Shown here: piece by piece, positions 15,168-42,074 of the stretch
Numbering within the stretch: position 1 is the stretch's first letter
Layout of the letters: each line of letters starts with the position of its first letter
Assembly: GCA_964035545.1 (NCBI GenBank)
Contig: OZ037773.1
Location: 8,833,751 to 8,897,750 of the forward strand
Length of the DNA: 64,000 nt
Source of the DNA: Bugula neritina
Taxonomy: Eukaryota; Animalia; Bryozoa
Reading direction: 5' to 3'
The notes under the pieces: model-generated
The model's database searches: none
The model's input: the letters and a program-made list of their open reading frames with translations, nothing else
Told to the model about the DNA's origin: nothing
Position numbers and translations under genes: made by a program

Positions 15168-18100
15168 TCAACCTTCAGTATCAGAGGAGGCATAACTCTT
15201 AATTTTCATATTACTTTTCCGTTTTTTAGAACGAGACTTAAACAGAGAAGTGTTAGAAGTATGTTCGGATGTGGAGGCTTCTACGTTGACATCATTTCTA
15301 GAGGTCATTGAAGAGGAATGTGAACTGCTGCCTCCAGATTGCTGTCTGCTGCCGGTATTGTGTTTCTCTCCGAACTCGCGGTTCTCCCCGTCTCCTGACT
15401 GTCTCAGCTTCTTCAGCACACTCAGCGCTGGAGTTGTACTCCTAGACAAGAGAGTAAAGACATGACACATGAAACAGGTGCTTCTAGTTTAGTTCAGGAA
15501 ACTGCTGAGGGCTGACAGCAGTTGAATATACAGCCAGTATAACTGATTATAATCAAGATGGGAATGTCCCTTATTTATCTTACTAACAATAGACTAAAAT
15601 ATTACTATAAGCAGATTTAGTTAAGGTTGTTAAGTTGTTGAGTTTTTCTACTTAAGATTTTCAAAACTGCTGTGAAACACATCCATATCCTCTGAGACAC
15701 GCCCACCAGCTCTAAGACACACCCACCTGTGTTGTGCTACACCCACTTACTATGAGACACACCTCCAGCTCCAAGACACACCCCCAGCTTCAAGACACAC
15801 CCCCAGCTCTAAGACACACCCACCTGCTGGACCAGCTTCCTCTCAGCTCACTCAGTCTCTCATTGACATCTACAGGACCTGTATCGGGTATAGAGGTCAT
15901 TGTGACAGCCTCATTCTCCCTAGACCGAGATCTTAACTCTCTAACTCCAATTCTAGTAAGAATTCTCTTCATTTTCTCTCGACGTCGACGTCGTGCTTTC
16001 CTATAACATGCCAGAGGAACAAAAAGTTGGGTACATTGAAGAAAATATGTTATGTGTGAGGATGTCAAAACAATTCATAAAATATGCAGTGTACAACCAT
16101 CAGCAAATTTAAAATAATAGCTTTTTAAAGCTTAAAACTATAATATAAAATTAAAAAAACCTATACTGAGAGTCACATCTACAGTCAAAACCCACAGTAG
16201 TAGCTAAAGTCAACCCCCACAGTAGTAGCTACAGTCAACCCCCACAGTAGTAGCTACTACCTCTGAGATGCTGTGAGGTTCACGTCACTATCTGAGTCCG
16301 TATCCTCAGTTCTGGATTTCAGCAACTCAGCCTTCCTCTTCTGTCGCTTCAGTTTCTTTTTAGCCAAGGCTACAAAAATAAAGCCAGGCAGGTCCAGAGG
16401 CTATTCCAAATTAATTCATGCTGCCCTATGACCAACTGTGAGACAAGGTAATCTACTATTGAGGAGAAAAAAACCTAACAATAAATGACAACTCCAATAT
16501 ATTCACATCGATTGGTAACAAATTTATTATGTCTAACCATTCCACTCTTATAGTTCTTATGAAAAAATTTTACCCGCACTTCACATACATAGAGAAAACG
16601 ACTACCAGCCTGCTTGTTTACACATCCAGCTGGACTTTTAACAATAAAGAGTCAATATAATAATTATTAATTGATTTAGATCTAAGAAGAAACATTTCTT
16701 ACTAGACACTAGAGTGAGTCAAAATTTATTTAATTTCAGGAAGTGAATTTGACCGACTTTCGCCCTTTAATGACCCTTTTCCTAGAGGAGAGGGATTAGC
16801 TAAATACTAGCACCGGCTTTCCATGTACCGATTTCAGATCGATCTTGCTGAGATCGATCCATGGAAAGACGCCAAAGATCGATCTCAGTCGTTCTGAGCT
16901 GGTCGGTCTGTAGAGCTCGAACTCAGATCGATCTCAATGCAATAAGACCATGGAAAGACGCCAGATCGATCCGAGAAGTAGAAAAATGACTGCTCGCTAA
17001 AATGTTGTCTGCTAATAAAAACGATAACTTATTGTTAATTACTAAGCAAAGTACTTAATAATTAAGATAGCCACCTTTTTAAGTGGCAAAACTTTGACTT
17101 TCAGTAAAATGATTAGGAAAACTTAATTATGTAAAATTATGGACGGTAGAAGATACAAAAATTGAGAGCATTTAAATTGAATTTAAACGACTAGTATAAC
17201 GCACTGTCATTAGTTATTTGCTGCGTAATTTTAAGCCTAATAGTCCCGTAAGTTTATGAATAAGCTGCACAACAGCTATTAATTTTATATAAGCTGTCAA
17301 GCTAAAATATTAAAATTAATTACATTAAATTGGCCAAATTACTTCATACTAAAAGCTTTACTGCGTAGAGTTTATAGCTGACGGTAAATTTTAGACTATG
17401 AAAATTTCATCACTCAGGTGGGTGAAAAAATTATGCTATTAAAGTAGTCTTTACCTAAGAGGAGGCAACTCCGAGAGAGCGATCTGACACTTTCATGGAA
17501 AAACGATCGATCTGAGATCGATCTGAGATCGGTACATGGAAAGCCCGTGTAGGTAAGCCAGGGTGCAGAAAGTTACAGTGAAGCTGGTTGCATCAGTATG
17601 TTGACCTGTAACCTTTAACCCCTGACCTCACAGAGAGTTCATTACCTAATGAGTTAGCAAGGTCTTGCTCCTTCTTCTTTCTGATAAGTTCTGACATTGT
17701 AACCTGAGTTTTAGGCTGAGTTGAAGGGGTTTGGGAGGAGCCAACTTCAGGAGTCACCTCCTCGTCTTGCAGGACTGAGGCAGCAAATGCTGACGTGAAT
17801 GGACTCATCTCAGCTACCTCCTCTGAGTCAGAACTCAATACAGCATTCTCATTGGTTGATTGTCTAAAGGGAAAAAAGGAAATGACATCGTTACATAGTA
17901 TATTCAGCACCAGAGAAACTATCTTATACTCGAAAACTACCTCTATTTTCAAAATTTGGTGTAGCTAAACTTTGAAGAGTATTTTCGTAACAGTTCATAA
18001 AGTATTGGTGAAAAAAATACTAAATTTTTGGTACTCGGTTTCAAAAATACCATTGAGTAATCTTATTATCTTGCGGGTGACACAAAAACATAATTATTAG

Positions 18101-21100
18101 AAAACATTTCAAAAAATATATTATATTGATGGGTAGATAGAGTTCAGAATGAATGAGCTTTTAACACAACATAATGTGCCGTGTCATGTACACTTAATAT
18201 AGTAACATGACAAGATACTATAGCCATAAACTAAGTTAAGTGACACTCACTCAATGGGGAGACAAATCCTAGTCAAAGTGTGTATTATTCAAATACTACT
18301 AGTGTAGCACTGTAGCCAATCACATGTTGGCTTTCGTCACAACCAGCCAACTATAAGTGACTCATAGCTTCATTAGCCAGTCAAAGTTTTTAGATTTGAT
18401 TGGTTACTTGATTGACTTAGTTTATGTATTATAATGCTGCTGATTGGCTAAAGTCTATCTGATTTGAATAATATAATACTGTGATTGGTTAATATGTCAT
18501 CAAGATCTCCGTCAGCTAGTAGAAGGTTCTAGTCTCATCAAATCATGATGGTGACTCACCGAGCAGATGAGTTGGTAGACGAGTCAGGAGAAGATGAAAT
18601 CTCGTAGTCATACAGTCTCTGAGTTGATTCCTCAGACTCGCTCTCTGATAGGTTGGCTGTCAACAGAAGACAGACTCATCAACCAATCACAAATGAGTAT
18701 AAGAACTGACAATCAGTTTAATGTGCTTGAAAATTAGACATTAACTAAAATATATTCAATTACATAGGGGAGATAACAGCTAAATATCAACTGTAAATTA
18801 TGAAATATAATTAATATTACTCTAATGACAACTTTATTGTGTACAACTGTATTCTTATGTGTGCATACAAAACACCATTAGAATACATGAATCTAATGAC
18901 AAACCACTAGCTGGCAGATATTTGATACACACTTGGAGAGGAATAGTAACACTAGTGTAGTGGAGACAACTTCGGATACAAATATCTTCAGAACCTAGTT
19001 CTCGGGGCACACAACTCATTTCTTTATTACATTTTTCAAGAAAATGACTCCCAAAGTACGCTTTGAATTCATTTGCTATTCCTCTAAATTCTACAATCTA
19101 TGCTACAAGGATTTTTCCAGCAGGAAAAAGAGCAACAGTTTTGTCATAATGATTTGATTACTTATTATACTAAACTACCTTCAAGTTGACGTTGAACTAA
19201 CGAGTCAAAGAAGGCGATCATTCTGGAATCTTCTTCCATGCATTCCATGGCGTAGTTATGAGACATGAGACCCCCAGCGGCTCGAGTAAATCTTAGATAC
19301 TCCTCGTGGGAGTAGACAAATCTCTCTGACGACTTCTGGTCATCTAAGTGGGCAATACTGAACGGGCTCCATGCCTGTGTATTATAATAAGAGTAGATAT
19401 TAGTCTATACTGTGTCAGTGGACAGAGCTAATATCTCTTCAGTCCACCATATCAGCTAAAACAGAGCTGAAAAAGAAGTCAAACTGAAAGTTGGGTTTTT
19501 CACTTGGCGCATTGGCCGACTATCCGTAAAACAGAAACACATTTACTAAACATCTGCTCCATGTGACAGCAACAAGATATGGTGAGAGAAATATAAGCAC
19601 AGAGCAGTAGAATTATAATAGAGTAAACTTATTACCTTTACTATCTTCTCCACACCAGATGAGACTAGCAAGTTGTACTCATCATTGTATCGAACCTGCA
19701 ATAGAGCAATAGGTGTGTTATGATACGAATCCACTTTATGCAAACACAGCATTCTGAAGAGTGAGGAGCTAAGGCTATGAAATGATACCTGGTTGACGAC
19801 CGATCTGTGACCTTTCAGCACTTTACTAGCGACCTTGACCTGATAGTTTTGAAAATATGACTCATCAGGAAGTTTCCACATGTAGACATTGAAGTCATCA
19901 GATCCAGTAGCTACGTACTAAATATAGTATGACTAAATATAGTATGACTAAATATAGTATGACTAAATATAGTATAACTTAATATAGTGTTGTTACTAAA
20001 TATAGTATTTCTAAATAAAGCATTTCTAAATATAATATTTCTAAATATAGTAACACTAAACATATTCTGAAACTCTGCAGAAGAAATTTGATTCACAGTA
20101 ATAGCAACAATGTGTATTGTACCATAGACTTACCAATCCTTATAATTGAAAGTGTAATAAGTGATTACTTCTTCACTAACTTACTGAAATACTAATTAAC
20201 AAACTGCCAATTGCAACATCCAATAAATGTATTTGTATTAATCATCCAATCAGCACCTTACCTCATTGCCAGGCCCAGCCCAGCAGCAGCTTTTTATAGT
20301 GCACGCGCTGTAGTAGCCACTGGCATGGAACTCATGTATAGGAGTTGTCCTTGTGACATCATACACCAAAGGGGGATTCCATCGACCAATCACAAGGAGT
20401 CTATCTCCTCGGTCATTGAAAGAGAGGCTCATACCATTATATTTGCCACTGGAGTATTTGTATTCCAACACGGGTCTGTATAGTAAGACATTCATTGTAG
20501 CAAGTGCAGAGGAGATAACTCTTTAGCATGAGATTTATTTGCTGAGCTGAGGTGGGAGCTAGACTACCCCACTACCAGCAGAGATCGCCCTTACAACTTA
20601 CTTATATACAATGGGTTATATTTATAGAGTAGAAAACATGCTTTGAAAGCAGCAGTAACACAACATTAGCTAAAAAGTTTCTTCTAGAAAACTTAATAAA
20701 GGTTCTATGTTTCATATTCTACATTAAAAGTTTTAGCTAAAATATATATTCACCAAAATTCAACTGAGTAAAACTCAAAAGTTTAATTCACATTAACTTT
20801 AGAAAAAAAAATGTATTAACTTTGTAAAAATAACAAATTACATGAAATCAAAAAAGTAAATTGTACACAGAGGCTGCTAAATTTGAATGTCATAAATATC
20901 TAAAGTGCAAGAAACTCTTTACTGTTTGTCTGTTCGAGATAAGTTGGCGTAGTTTACCTGCTCGTGTTGCGTATGTCCCAGAGCCGAGGGGTGTGTCTAC
21001 TGGACACAGTAGCCAAGTATCTTGGTGCAGACGGATTATACTGCACAGAGTACATGGGCTCTTCTGTGTCCCCAAACGTCAGAGATTCTAAACAGAAATA

Positions 21101-21662
21101 TCCTGCATAGTCAGGGGAGGTTATTACACAACCCAACACATCATATGGGGAGGTTGTAGAGGACCAGTGGTTAAATGCTAAATCTAAGCTTATAAAACAT
21201 TAAACATACTGAAAACAACTTTTGTCTTGAAATCAGAACTCAATCCAAGACTCACAGCTATTTGTCAGCTGTATAACATTAGGTTTCACTATATAGAGAG
21301 GCTCGGATTATAAACTAGAACATAACAAATTGGGGAGACAACTTATAACTTCACTACAAAATAATTAGTTATAAAGACATTTATCTCTATAGACATGTGT
21401 TACACACTCTAGACTGTTAGCAGAAGACTTCATTGCGAACAGAAGGAACATCCTTTGTTTAGTAACACATTATGCTGACTCTCTAAACTTAGCTGTCCCT
21501 GAGATACCTGAACATTTACCTGAATGGCAGCGTGAGTCATAGACCAGAGCGTTTCCCTCGTGCGAAGTGGCAGCAAACACAAAGTCGTTGAGGGGATCAG
21601 AGCTAAGGCAGTGTATAGCCTCAGTGCACAGATATGTGTTTCTAGGTCTACCGCTAGAAGGA

Positions 21663-21702
<40 letters not shown>

Positions 21703-22734
21703 GAGAACAACTCCAAGAAAGCATTGTCAGAGCAGAGAGTTCAAATTTAGACAAAAATAATTCATGTGAATAAAGCTGTTTGTAAAGTAATTATAAACAC
21801 AGCCTGTGATACTAAGAACTATGCAGACTACCTGGCCAGATCATGTACAATGATACAGCCATCATTCCCTGCAGAGATTAAGCAACTATCGGTTATGTTG
21901 AATGTCAGACAGAAAATATTGCTGTTGTGCTCTGATGTCATCTTATGCGGCACTTTGTGAGTGGCAGCAGCAGTCAGTGCTTTGCTGACACTCCATACTA
22001 GTACCCGTTTGTCGTCTCCACCTGTAATCATGTAAACAGGGCAAAGCATAACGAGCAGTCACAATAGAAAAATTGTTGTTAAATTCTAGTAATTGAAGTT
22101 GCCTCCCTTGTTTGATTTATTCAAACTGATGAGATCAGGAATCACATGTACAGGATATTGACCATACATCATTGGCGGTTTACTAACAACCATGTGAATT
22201 CACAACAGTTAGTCTAAACCACCATTTAATGCAGTTCCATTATCTAAAATCTTGAACCTAATCAGCTTTTCACAGAGCCATTTCGAATGTAAAAACAAAC
22301 TTTGTGGTTTTGAATAAACCCTTTCATAAACACATATTTATACTTAAAACTTTTTCATTATTCAACTTTTCATCAAGTCACACTGAATGCAAAATAAACT
22401 TTTGGTTTAATAACTGAATAAACAGGTAAAAAGTTAAGACTGTAAACTCTACTAATAGTAAACGTAATTAAGTATTGGATTTGTTACTAAAATAGAAACA
22501 CAATGTATATATACTAAAATAAAAACACAACAAATACTAGAATACTGCACCTGAAGCAAGCAACAGTTGATTGTTGCTAAACTCAATAGCATTCACACAG
22601 CCAAAGTGAGCTTTTAGATCAGAAGAATAGAGAAATTGAGCTTCTTTGAATGCGCTATGCCTGAAATTTTTCTTGGGAGAGCAGCTGTTACAGCTTCTAG
22701 ACTGATCATCCAAGTACTTTAGATATAAAGACAT
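15168..22734 (-). CDS. DCAF5: DDB1- and CUL4-associated factor 5 (WDR22)-like WD40 protein, about 13 coding exons
   Basis: Exons encode DLKAHFGCVNAIEFSNN, SGGDDKRVLVW, EHNSNIFCLTFN..SAGNDG, ACTIKSCCWAG, YVATGSDDFNVYMW, LKGHRSVVNQVRYN..SSGVEKIVK and EDSRMIAFFDSLVQRQLE, matching remembered DCAF5 sequence. The low-complexity 3' exons and exact stop are less certain. Confidence 0.9.
15690..15830. repeat. Short degenerate tandem repeat (~21-22 bp, GACACACCCACCAGCTCTAA-like)
   Basis: About 5-6 imperfect units at a DCAF5 exon/intron boundary. Confidence 0.7.
16179..16257. repeat. 25-bp tandem repeat x3 (CTACAGTCAACCCCCACAGTAGTAG)
   Basis: Directly visible, next to a DCAF5 splice donor. Confidence 0.85.
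16811..17549 (+). mobile_element. Non-autonomous DNA transposon (CAC...GTG termini, 3-bp TSD; CMC/CACTA-Chapaev-like), copy 1
   Basis: TIR CACSGGCTTTCCATGTACCGATYTCAGATCGATCT; TSD TAG/TAG; many subterminal GATCGATC motifs; inverted copy at 44129-44904. Confidence 0.88.
19919..20055. repeat. 15-bp tandem repeat (TAAATATAGTATGAC), decaying
   Basis: Three to four near-perfect units plus degenerate units abutting a DCAF5 acceptor. Confidence 0.85.
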
Positions 22735-25181
22735 GGCCCGAGGCTCCTAAACACAAGAGAAAATAATAAAAAAAAATTATGATCATCAGTGCCAGGAACG
22801 ATAAAGTCTTTTTGATTAAAACTACTTTTCGAATTTTATATTTGACTTACTTTAAAAAGTAAAATAAAATAAGCAATTGACCGTTAATATTTTCATATGG
22901 AGGTCTCCAACAGCCTATAATGATGGCTAACAAGAAATATTACGAATATTTTCATAACTTTAATAATAGAAGTTTTGGAAACTAAGGATTGTATAGATAC
23001 CATAAACTTCGCATACCTCAATATAATATAGTAATATATTCTAATTTATATTAATATTAATATTATTCAATATTTATATTCACTTTATTACTATTATATT
23101 GATATTCAATTTTATATTCATATTGATTATGATAATCATAATTAGATGTTCATATCGACATATGCATTTTAATTTTTTTATTTGTTATACTTCTAGTTAT
23201 TATAAATAGTAATAATCGCATAATTATAATATTATTGAAACTATTAATATTAATAATCGTAATCATAATGATAATCATAATGACATTGATGATTGATAAC
23301 GTAATCAAATAATCCTAATAGTAATAGTAATACTTATACTAATTGTATCAATATTGTGAGTAATACTAATACTCTTAGTCATACTCATAAATCATAATCA
23401 TTATCATAGTCATACTGATACTCATACTCATACTGATACTGATACTGATCTGATACTTAAAATTGATGTGCAGTACTGAGTACTGATAATCATAGTAATA
23501 CTCACTCATGATTATACTGGTAGTCAATATCACTATGATGATTATAATGAATATGATAATGATAGTATTACTAATTATAATTTATTATGCACATTAAATT
23601 CAATTTCTTGAGACGTGAAATATAATGATAATGATGATGATCAACATCCTCTGGAATTGCACTTTTAAAATATGAGTCGCTGTTAGCATCACTGGATTTT
23701 CCCAGTTTAACTAACTTTGTCAAATAGATTATGATTGGGGGAAGCAGACCAAACTCTCCAATTAACACTTGCTTTCGTTTTCCTGCGACTTGCCACCATA
23801 GTAGTATAGTAAGTATAGTAAAATACTAGTACTATTTTGGCTAGGCGGACCAACAAGATTTTGCAGCGCTTCCGACTAATGTAGAATTAGATGAGGGAGA
23901 TTCAGTAGGTAATCATTATTGTAATACTATAATAATCATTTTATGTATAATTCTCAGACTTTTCTTATTCATTTAATAGCTGAAAATATCTTCCTTTATT
24001 ACTTGGGCCTGGTACTAGTGACTATGAGTTACTGTTACTGTTATAGTGAGATAGTCAATCACTCAATTACAATAGCATAGGCATAGTCATGCTCATATGC
24101 ATAGTGATACTGATAGTAAGCCGGCATAGTGATAGTCATATTCTAACTCTTAGCCATAGGTAATACTAATAGTAATACTAATACGCATACGGCATAGTGA
24201 TAGCCTCATAACATTAACTATAAGTATAAGTCATAGGCCATAGACATAGGCGATATTCATATTGGTAGGCCATTATCATACTGATGCTCACTCATAGTGA
24301 CTAAGAGATAGTGATAGTCACTGTCAGTAAACATAAATCCGTAAATGTACTAGCGAAAGTGAAACTCGAACTGAACAGTGAAACTAAATGTGATACTTAT
24401 TAATTTTATTACTAAATTTTGGTTTGGGTGTGTGGGTTGAAATTCTCGCGAGAACATAACTTCTTAGGCTACATTTCTAATCTTGAACACATGCTTTTCT
24501 CAATTTCTCCATACTGCACCTACGTCAAATCCCACTCTTCTTGATGCATTTTGATGAGTGGGCTAATTTATTTAAATTTAACTCCTGTAGCATCCCATGT
24601 AACTGTAATTATATGCTTAAAGTTAGTTGCTGTTTAAATGAAAGAATAGATAGTATTTGTAATTCTCTAGTCTTACATTTGATGCAAGTTACATTAAATC
24701 AATGTAACTTGCATTAAGTTAAACTCACTGTAAACTCCCAGGGGTCAACGTAAGGTTAAATCTTAAGTAATGTGCATACTATGTTGACAGAAGTGAATTT
24801 CATAGCTGCTTCATTTTTGCAATAATTTTGGGTTTGACTTTATCAGCATGCTTACGTCACCCATCTCTTTTGCTTCTAGTTCTGTACTAATAGTGATTTC
24901 AATAACTTCTATGCACTTGAAAGTGAGACTGAGAGTGAATGTTACAGGTTTTTGCTGCCTAAATATTTTTGCAGTTGTAAGATTGAGAATATAACAGCTC
25001 GTAAGACAAATGTTTTATTCCTAAACTTTTTTAAAACACATCATCACAAAACTTGTAGCCAAATACATGCTGTTGTTGCATTTTAAAAGCACTACACAGT
25101 TCTGAATTCAATAGTAGTTTTATGATATCTTGGTTATTTGACTTTTTCAGCTGTACTTCTGTAGGCCGACGGTGAATCATC

Positions 25182-26987
25182 ATGGCTAAGAAAGATTTCT
25201 TTGATCTCTCCTTATGTGTGCTCATCTCTTGTAATACTGAAGATGTCTTGGCTCAATCAATATCCGCTTCAATAGTGAGAAATGTTAATCCAAACTTTGA
25301 CGACTTGGGTCAGGTTTTAACCGATAGACTTCAGTTTATCGATGACAGAGGTTACGCAAACTCAATTTCTCAAACAGCAAATATATTTCACGCGCCTCAT
25401 GATACTGATAATTGGGAAAGTAATAAAGCTCTTATATATTCAACATTTACAGCACCATATATCTTGTCTGCCACTTATCTTTCCGAGCTTTTCTATGCAA
25501 CTCAGAATGAGTGGAGGCACAACAGAAACGTTGCTGATGAGTTCGTCATTAGCTTGTTGAGACTAGCTATTCAAAGTAGACTAGAAGACGAGACATTGCC
25601 GACGAGAATACGCTATGACCTTCAAAGGTTAATTGAATTGGTTCCTCAACCCCCTCTGACTGCAGAAGTGGCCGAGAAGCTCCGTCAAATTCAGGCATCC
25701 CGCCACCAAATCATCCTAAATGCTCCTCATCAGTTTATTGAGGGCGAAAAAGAACAGTTCACGATGAACTACACCCGCTCTGTCAAGTTTTGTGTTCGAG
25801 AGTTTAACTGCTACCCCCACTCCGCCGAGGTACAGAATTAATATTACACAGGCTATTGAAATACAATTTCAAAGTTCTAGTATTTAAAGCCAGTGGGTGA
25901 TTTAGCCTATTGTAACCAAAGTATGTGATATGCTCATATTCTATTTCTCAACATATTTTGTATTGCAGAGGATTTTGGAAGAGCTGCAGAAACTCAGACT
26001 CAACCTTCCTGGCTATGATGCGATTAAACAAGCTTATCAGAGGTGAACTTGAAATATTTCTATTCTTATTGGACAGTAGACATGTGGAGAAAAAAGTTCA
26101 GTGTTACATTAGTTTATACTAATAAGTTGAACAATGTAGTGTGTGATTAGGCAATACGTTGTTGGAAAATAATAACGATCATGAAAAGTTTGTATTTAAA
26201 GTTGTTTTCAATTTTTCAGGTCCGCCGAGCAAGAAGGGTTGGCTGTAGAGGAAATAAAAACTCGTTTGAGGTGAGTCTGCGAGAGTTGTGTCACCATGTG
26301 AGAGTTGTCTCTATATTATACTATATTATATATTATAATATATATTATATATTATACCATAGTATATATTACATACTATACACTGTTAACAGGAAGTTAC
26401 AAAGCTGGAAGCTCAGAGCTGATGGAGCTCTCAGGGATTTGTCTGTAGGCCAACCTGAGATTAAAGTAGATCTTCAAGGGGCACAAGCTTCGGTAATCTA
26501 TTTGCTCATTCCGAACTCTTATATGTTGTTGACTAGGTTAATAGTATATAATTCTAGCACAGCTTATGGTTTCTATTTCGAGTAGCCTTAGGGAGTGGTT
26601 TAGCCAGAGCATTTTCTTGGGTTAGTATTAACTACCTCCCCTACCTCTATGAGGCTTTGTCATCAACATAACTGAACTCACAGCATCAAATATTGTTTCT
26701 GTTTTACTTTATTAATCTATTAAATTCTATTGAAAGTCTTAAACTTATGTAAAATGAACATTTTACAAGTGAGGCTTTTGTGCAACATACTTAGTGAAAT
26801 GCTGTTAGTGGTTCCATGTGATTGGTTACTTGTGAACTTCTATAACAGATATGTTTTGCAGAGTGAGTTATAACTAGATATGGAGTCATTTTATTTCGAG
26901 TTCTCACCCTCGATGTGTATTAGTAAGATGTATGATTCCTGTATTGGTATTTCTTTGTAGGGAGTTACGTTGGCCGGGGACCAGTAG
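25182..26987 (+). CDS. Stand-alone uncharacterised helical-domain protein (~299 aa); exons 25182-25829, 25969-26042, 26220-26270, 26393-26492, 26961-26987
   Basis: In-frame GT-AG model (phases 0,2,2,0, as in the array genes). DLSLCVLISCNT..SIVRN and NYTRSVKFCVREFNCYP align with DIPLCVLVTSRT..LLVRN and KYKRCVNFFVGDLGCLP. Confidence 0.8.
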
Positions 26988-29515
26988 ACTGAATAATCTA
27001 GGAGGTGAGATTATACACTTGTACATGTCATGCTTTCACTCGTGATGTGTGTAAAGTAATATGCGGTTAAATTATCTAACGTGGAAGTTATCTAGCCACA
27101 CGGTTTTTGAAAGTGAATTTACATCCAGGTACTGGCATTACCTGCTTGATAAGTCAATCCTTGGTTTAGTCGGGGTTATACACATTGGATATATCTATGC
27201 TCATGTGTGTTACTTGCTGAGTGATTCGGAGAACCCTTTTCTGTTAACTATCAGTATTATATCTACTCACTGATATTCACAATTTTTCTACTTTGGAAAA
27301 ATCTTTTTGTGTCAGTGAAAAGCTTAGAAACTTCCAAACCCCAAATAGATGTAACATAATCGTGTACAAGAACTTCACACAACTCAGTATATTGTAATTG
27401 TTTTAAAGTTGTCTTCTTTTCCACTTTCTTCAAGTTTTCATTCCTCCATTATTCTCTGCTCTAATGTGAAAATTTAATTCACTGGTAGATAAAGGCAGTC
27501 CTCACTCTATCTAGCTCTAAGCAAAGACTTGCTATTTTCAGTAGAAACTTGAGTAAATATTTAAGTTAGATATTGTAACAGATCAGCTATGCTTTACTAT
27601 TCACATTAGAAGATAACCAAGTGGGCTGTCTAGTAACTAGGGCTCTCTGTCTAGTAACTAGGGCTATCTTTCTAGTAACTCATTGGTGTTTGTTTTATAC
27701 TCTGTAATTTATTCTACCATTATGTTTCTGTTTATTTACAGCAAAAAACAAACAGCAATGTTAAACTATGAACTTGGAGCTGATAGCCACCAAATTTACA
27801 TGCATTCTACCTACACTTTACCTGCATTCTACCTGCATTCTACCCACAGTCTACCTAGCTACTGTCTACCTGCATCCTGTGTACAGTTTGACAAGGATTT
27901 CTAATGACAATCCTTTACCATGGCATTCTATTTATATGACCCATTCTAGATAGTTCTATTGTCGGTAGTTTTGAAATCATTATTACAAAAATCTGACATG
28001 CTAATATCTTGCCATAACTATGGCATCAGACTAATTTTTAAACTTTTTAAAAGGAAATTTCATTCTTACACTTTCACTTGTGTTTTTTAGCACTATAGTA
28101 CTCCTACAAAGGAGCATAACTCCTAATTACTAGCAATGCAGCAGTAAAATAGTTCACTATAATAATGTTTACTTTTGTTTGCTCTAACTTTTTTACTTTT
28201 ACCTATTTTCTTAGAAGGGATATTATTGCTAGATATAATATCAAATGCATCTAAACTTGATATTTAAAGAATTACACATTGATTACAAGACGTGATTTTA
28301 ATGTGTTTTTGCTCATTTAACCGGATTATTTGTGAGTGCAAATGTACCTGTATAACAATATGTGCTGATATTTTTCACCTTGAATGTATCATTTTAATGG
28401 ATTTTAGAATTTAGTAGAATAATTATTTGTGCTGTGTAGTATTGTGTGACTAATCTCTCAATTTTATTAAATAAAGTAGAATTTAGTGATTTGCTAAATA
28501 AATTATGTTTTCTGTCAAAATTCCTCTACAAATTCATATTAATTATTTCTCCGAGCTCTAGCTGATAGCTTCCTGAAAATGCAGCCCAAGGTCTTAATTT
28601 ACATTATTGGTTTTGTGGTGCAGTTTGTAGATTATACATGACTTCCTCTGCATACCTATATTATTTGCTAGAACCCATGTGCTTTTGAAGAATCCCTGAT
28701 CTAGTGTTCCGAATTTCTGAAGTTATAATTATTACTATAATGTAATTTTATCTGAATCAATTGAAATATTATTCAGTTGTACAGCCATGTTTTAGTAAAA
28801 ATGTTGAACAACATATGGATGCCTAATTTTGTGTTGTGGAGTTGAACAGTGAGCAGACATTTGCAATTTGCAACTTGCAAGTGTAGCGGGACAATATTAT
28901 GTGGTTCAGAAATGGCAAGTGTAGTAATACAGTGTGTGGTGTAGGCGTAGCTAGTGTAGTAATACCAATCTTTTTGAGAAAGTGGTTCAAGATAACACTT
29001 AGCCATAGAAACACAACATGCCTTCTGGGGCGCCATTGTACTACCCACACACTTATTCAAAAGTTTCTCACAAAAAGGCTAATATTGGACTAAAGTAAAC
29101 ACCTAATAGATAAGGGAGCTCAAAGTTCCAACAATTCTACAAGTTAGTGTTTGCAATTTGGATAGAAAGCAATAGTATAGTTGCAGCATTTCTGTGTCGC
29201 CTACCTGCATAGGCTTGAATTATTCTTTCATACATATGAATAGAATCGAAGCATAAAAAACTTAATCAGCATTCCGGTAGGTTTATAGCATACTGAAATA
29301 TAATACATACCATTGCTTTATTACAGTCATATAGTATTTATATGGTATATATACTATTAGATTTTATTAAATACTAAAATAAGTTACATTTTAAACCATC
29401 AACATTTATTGAACTCTGTAGTTTTGGCAGTTTTGTTTCTGAAATCATTTGGAGTTTTCAATAATAATGACGTAATGTTCACATAACTATATATGAAGAC
29501 TCATATATTTCAGCA

Positions 29516-42074
<12,559 letters not shown>

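Noticed and set aside
24682-24714. Perfect 14-bp-stem hairpin ATGCAAGTTACATT/AATGTAACTTGCAT
   Set aside because: Isolated, with no TSD, second copy or other support for a function.
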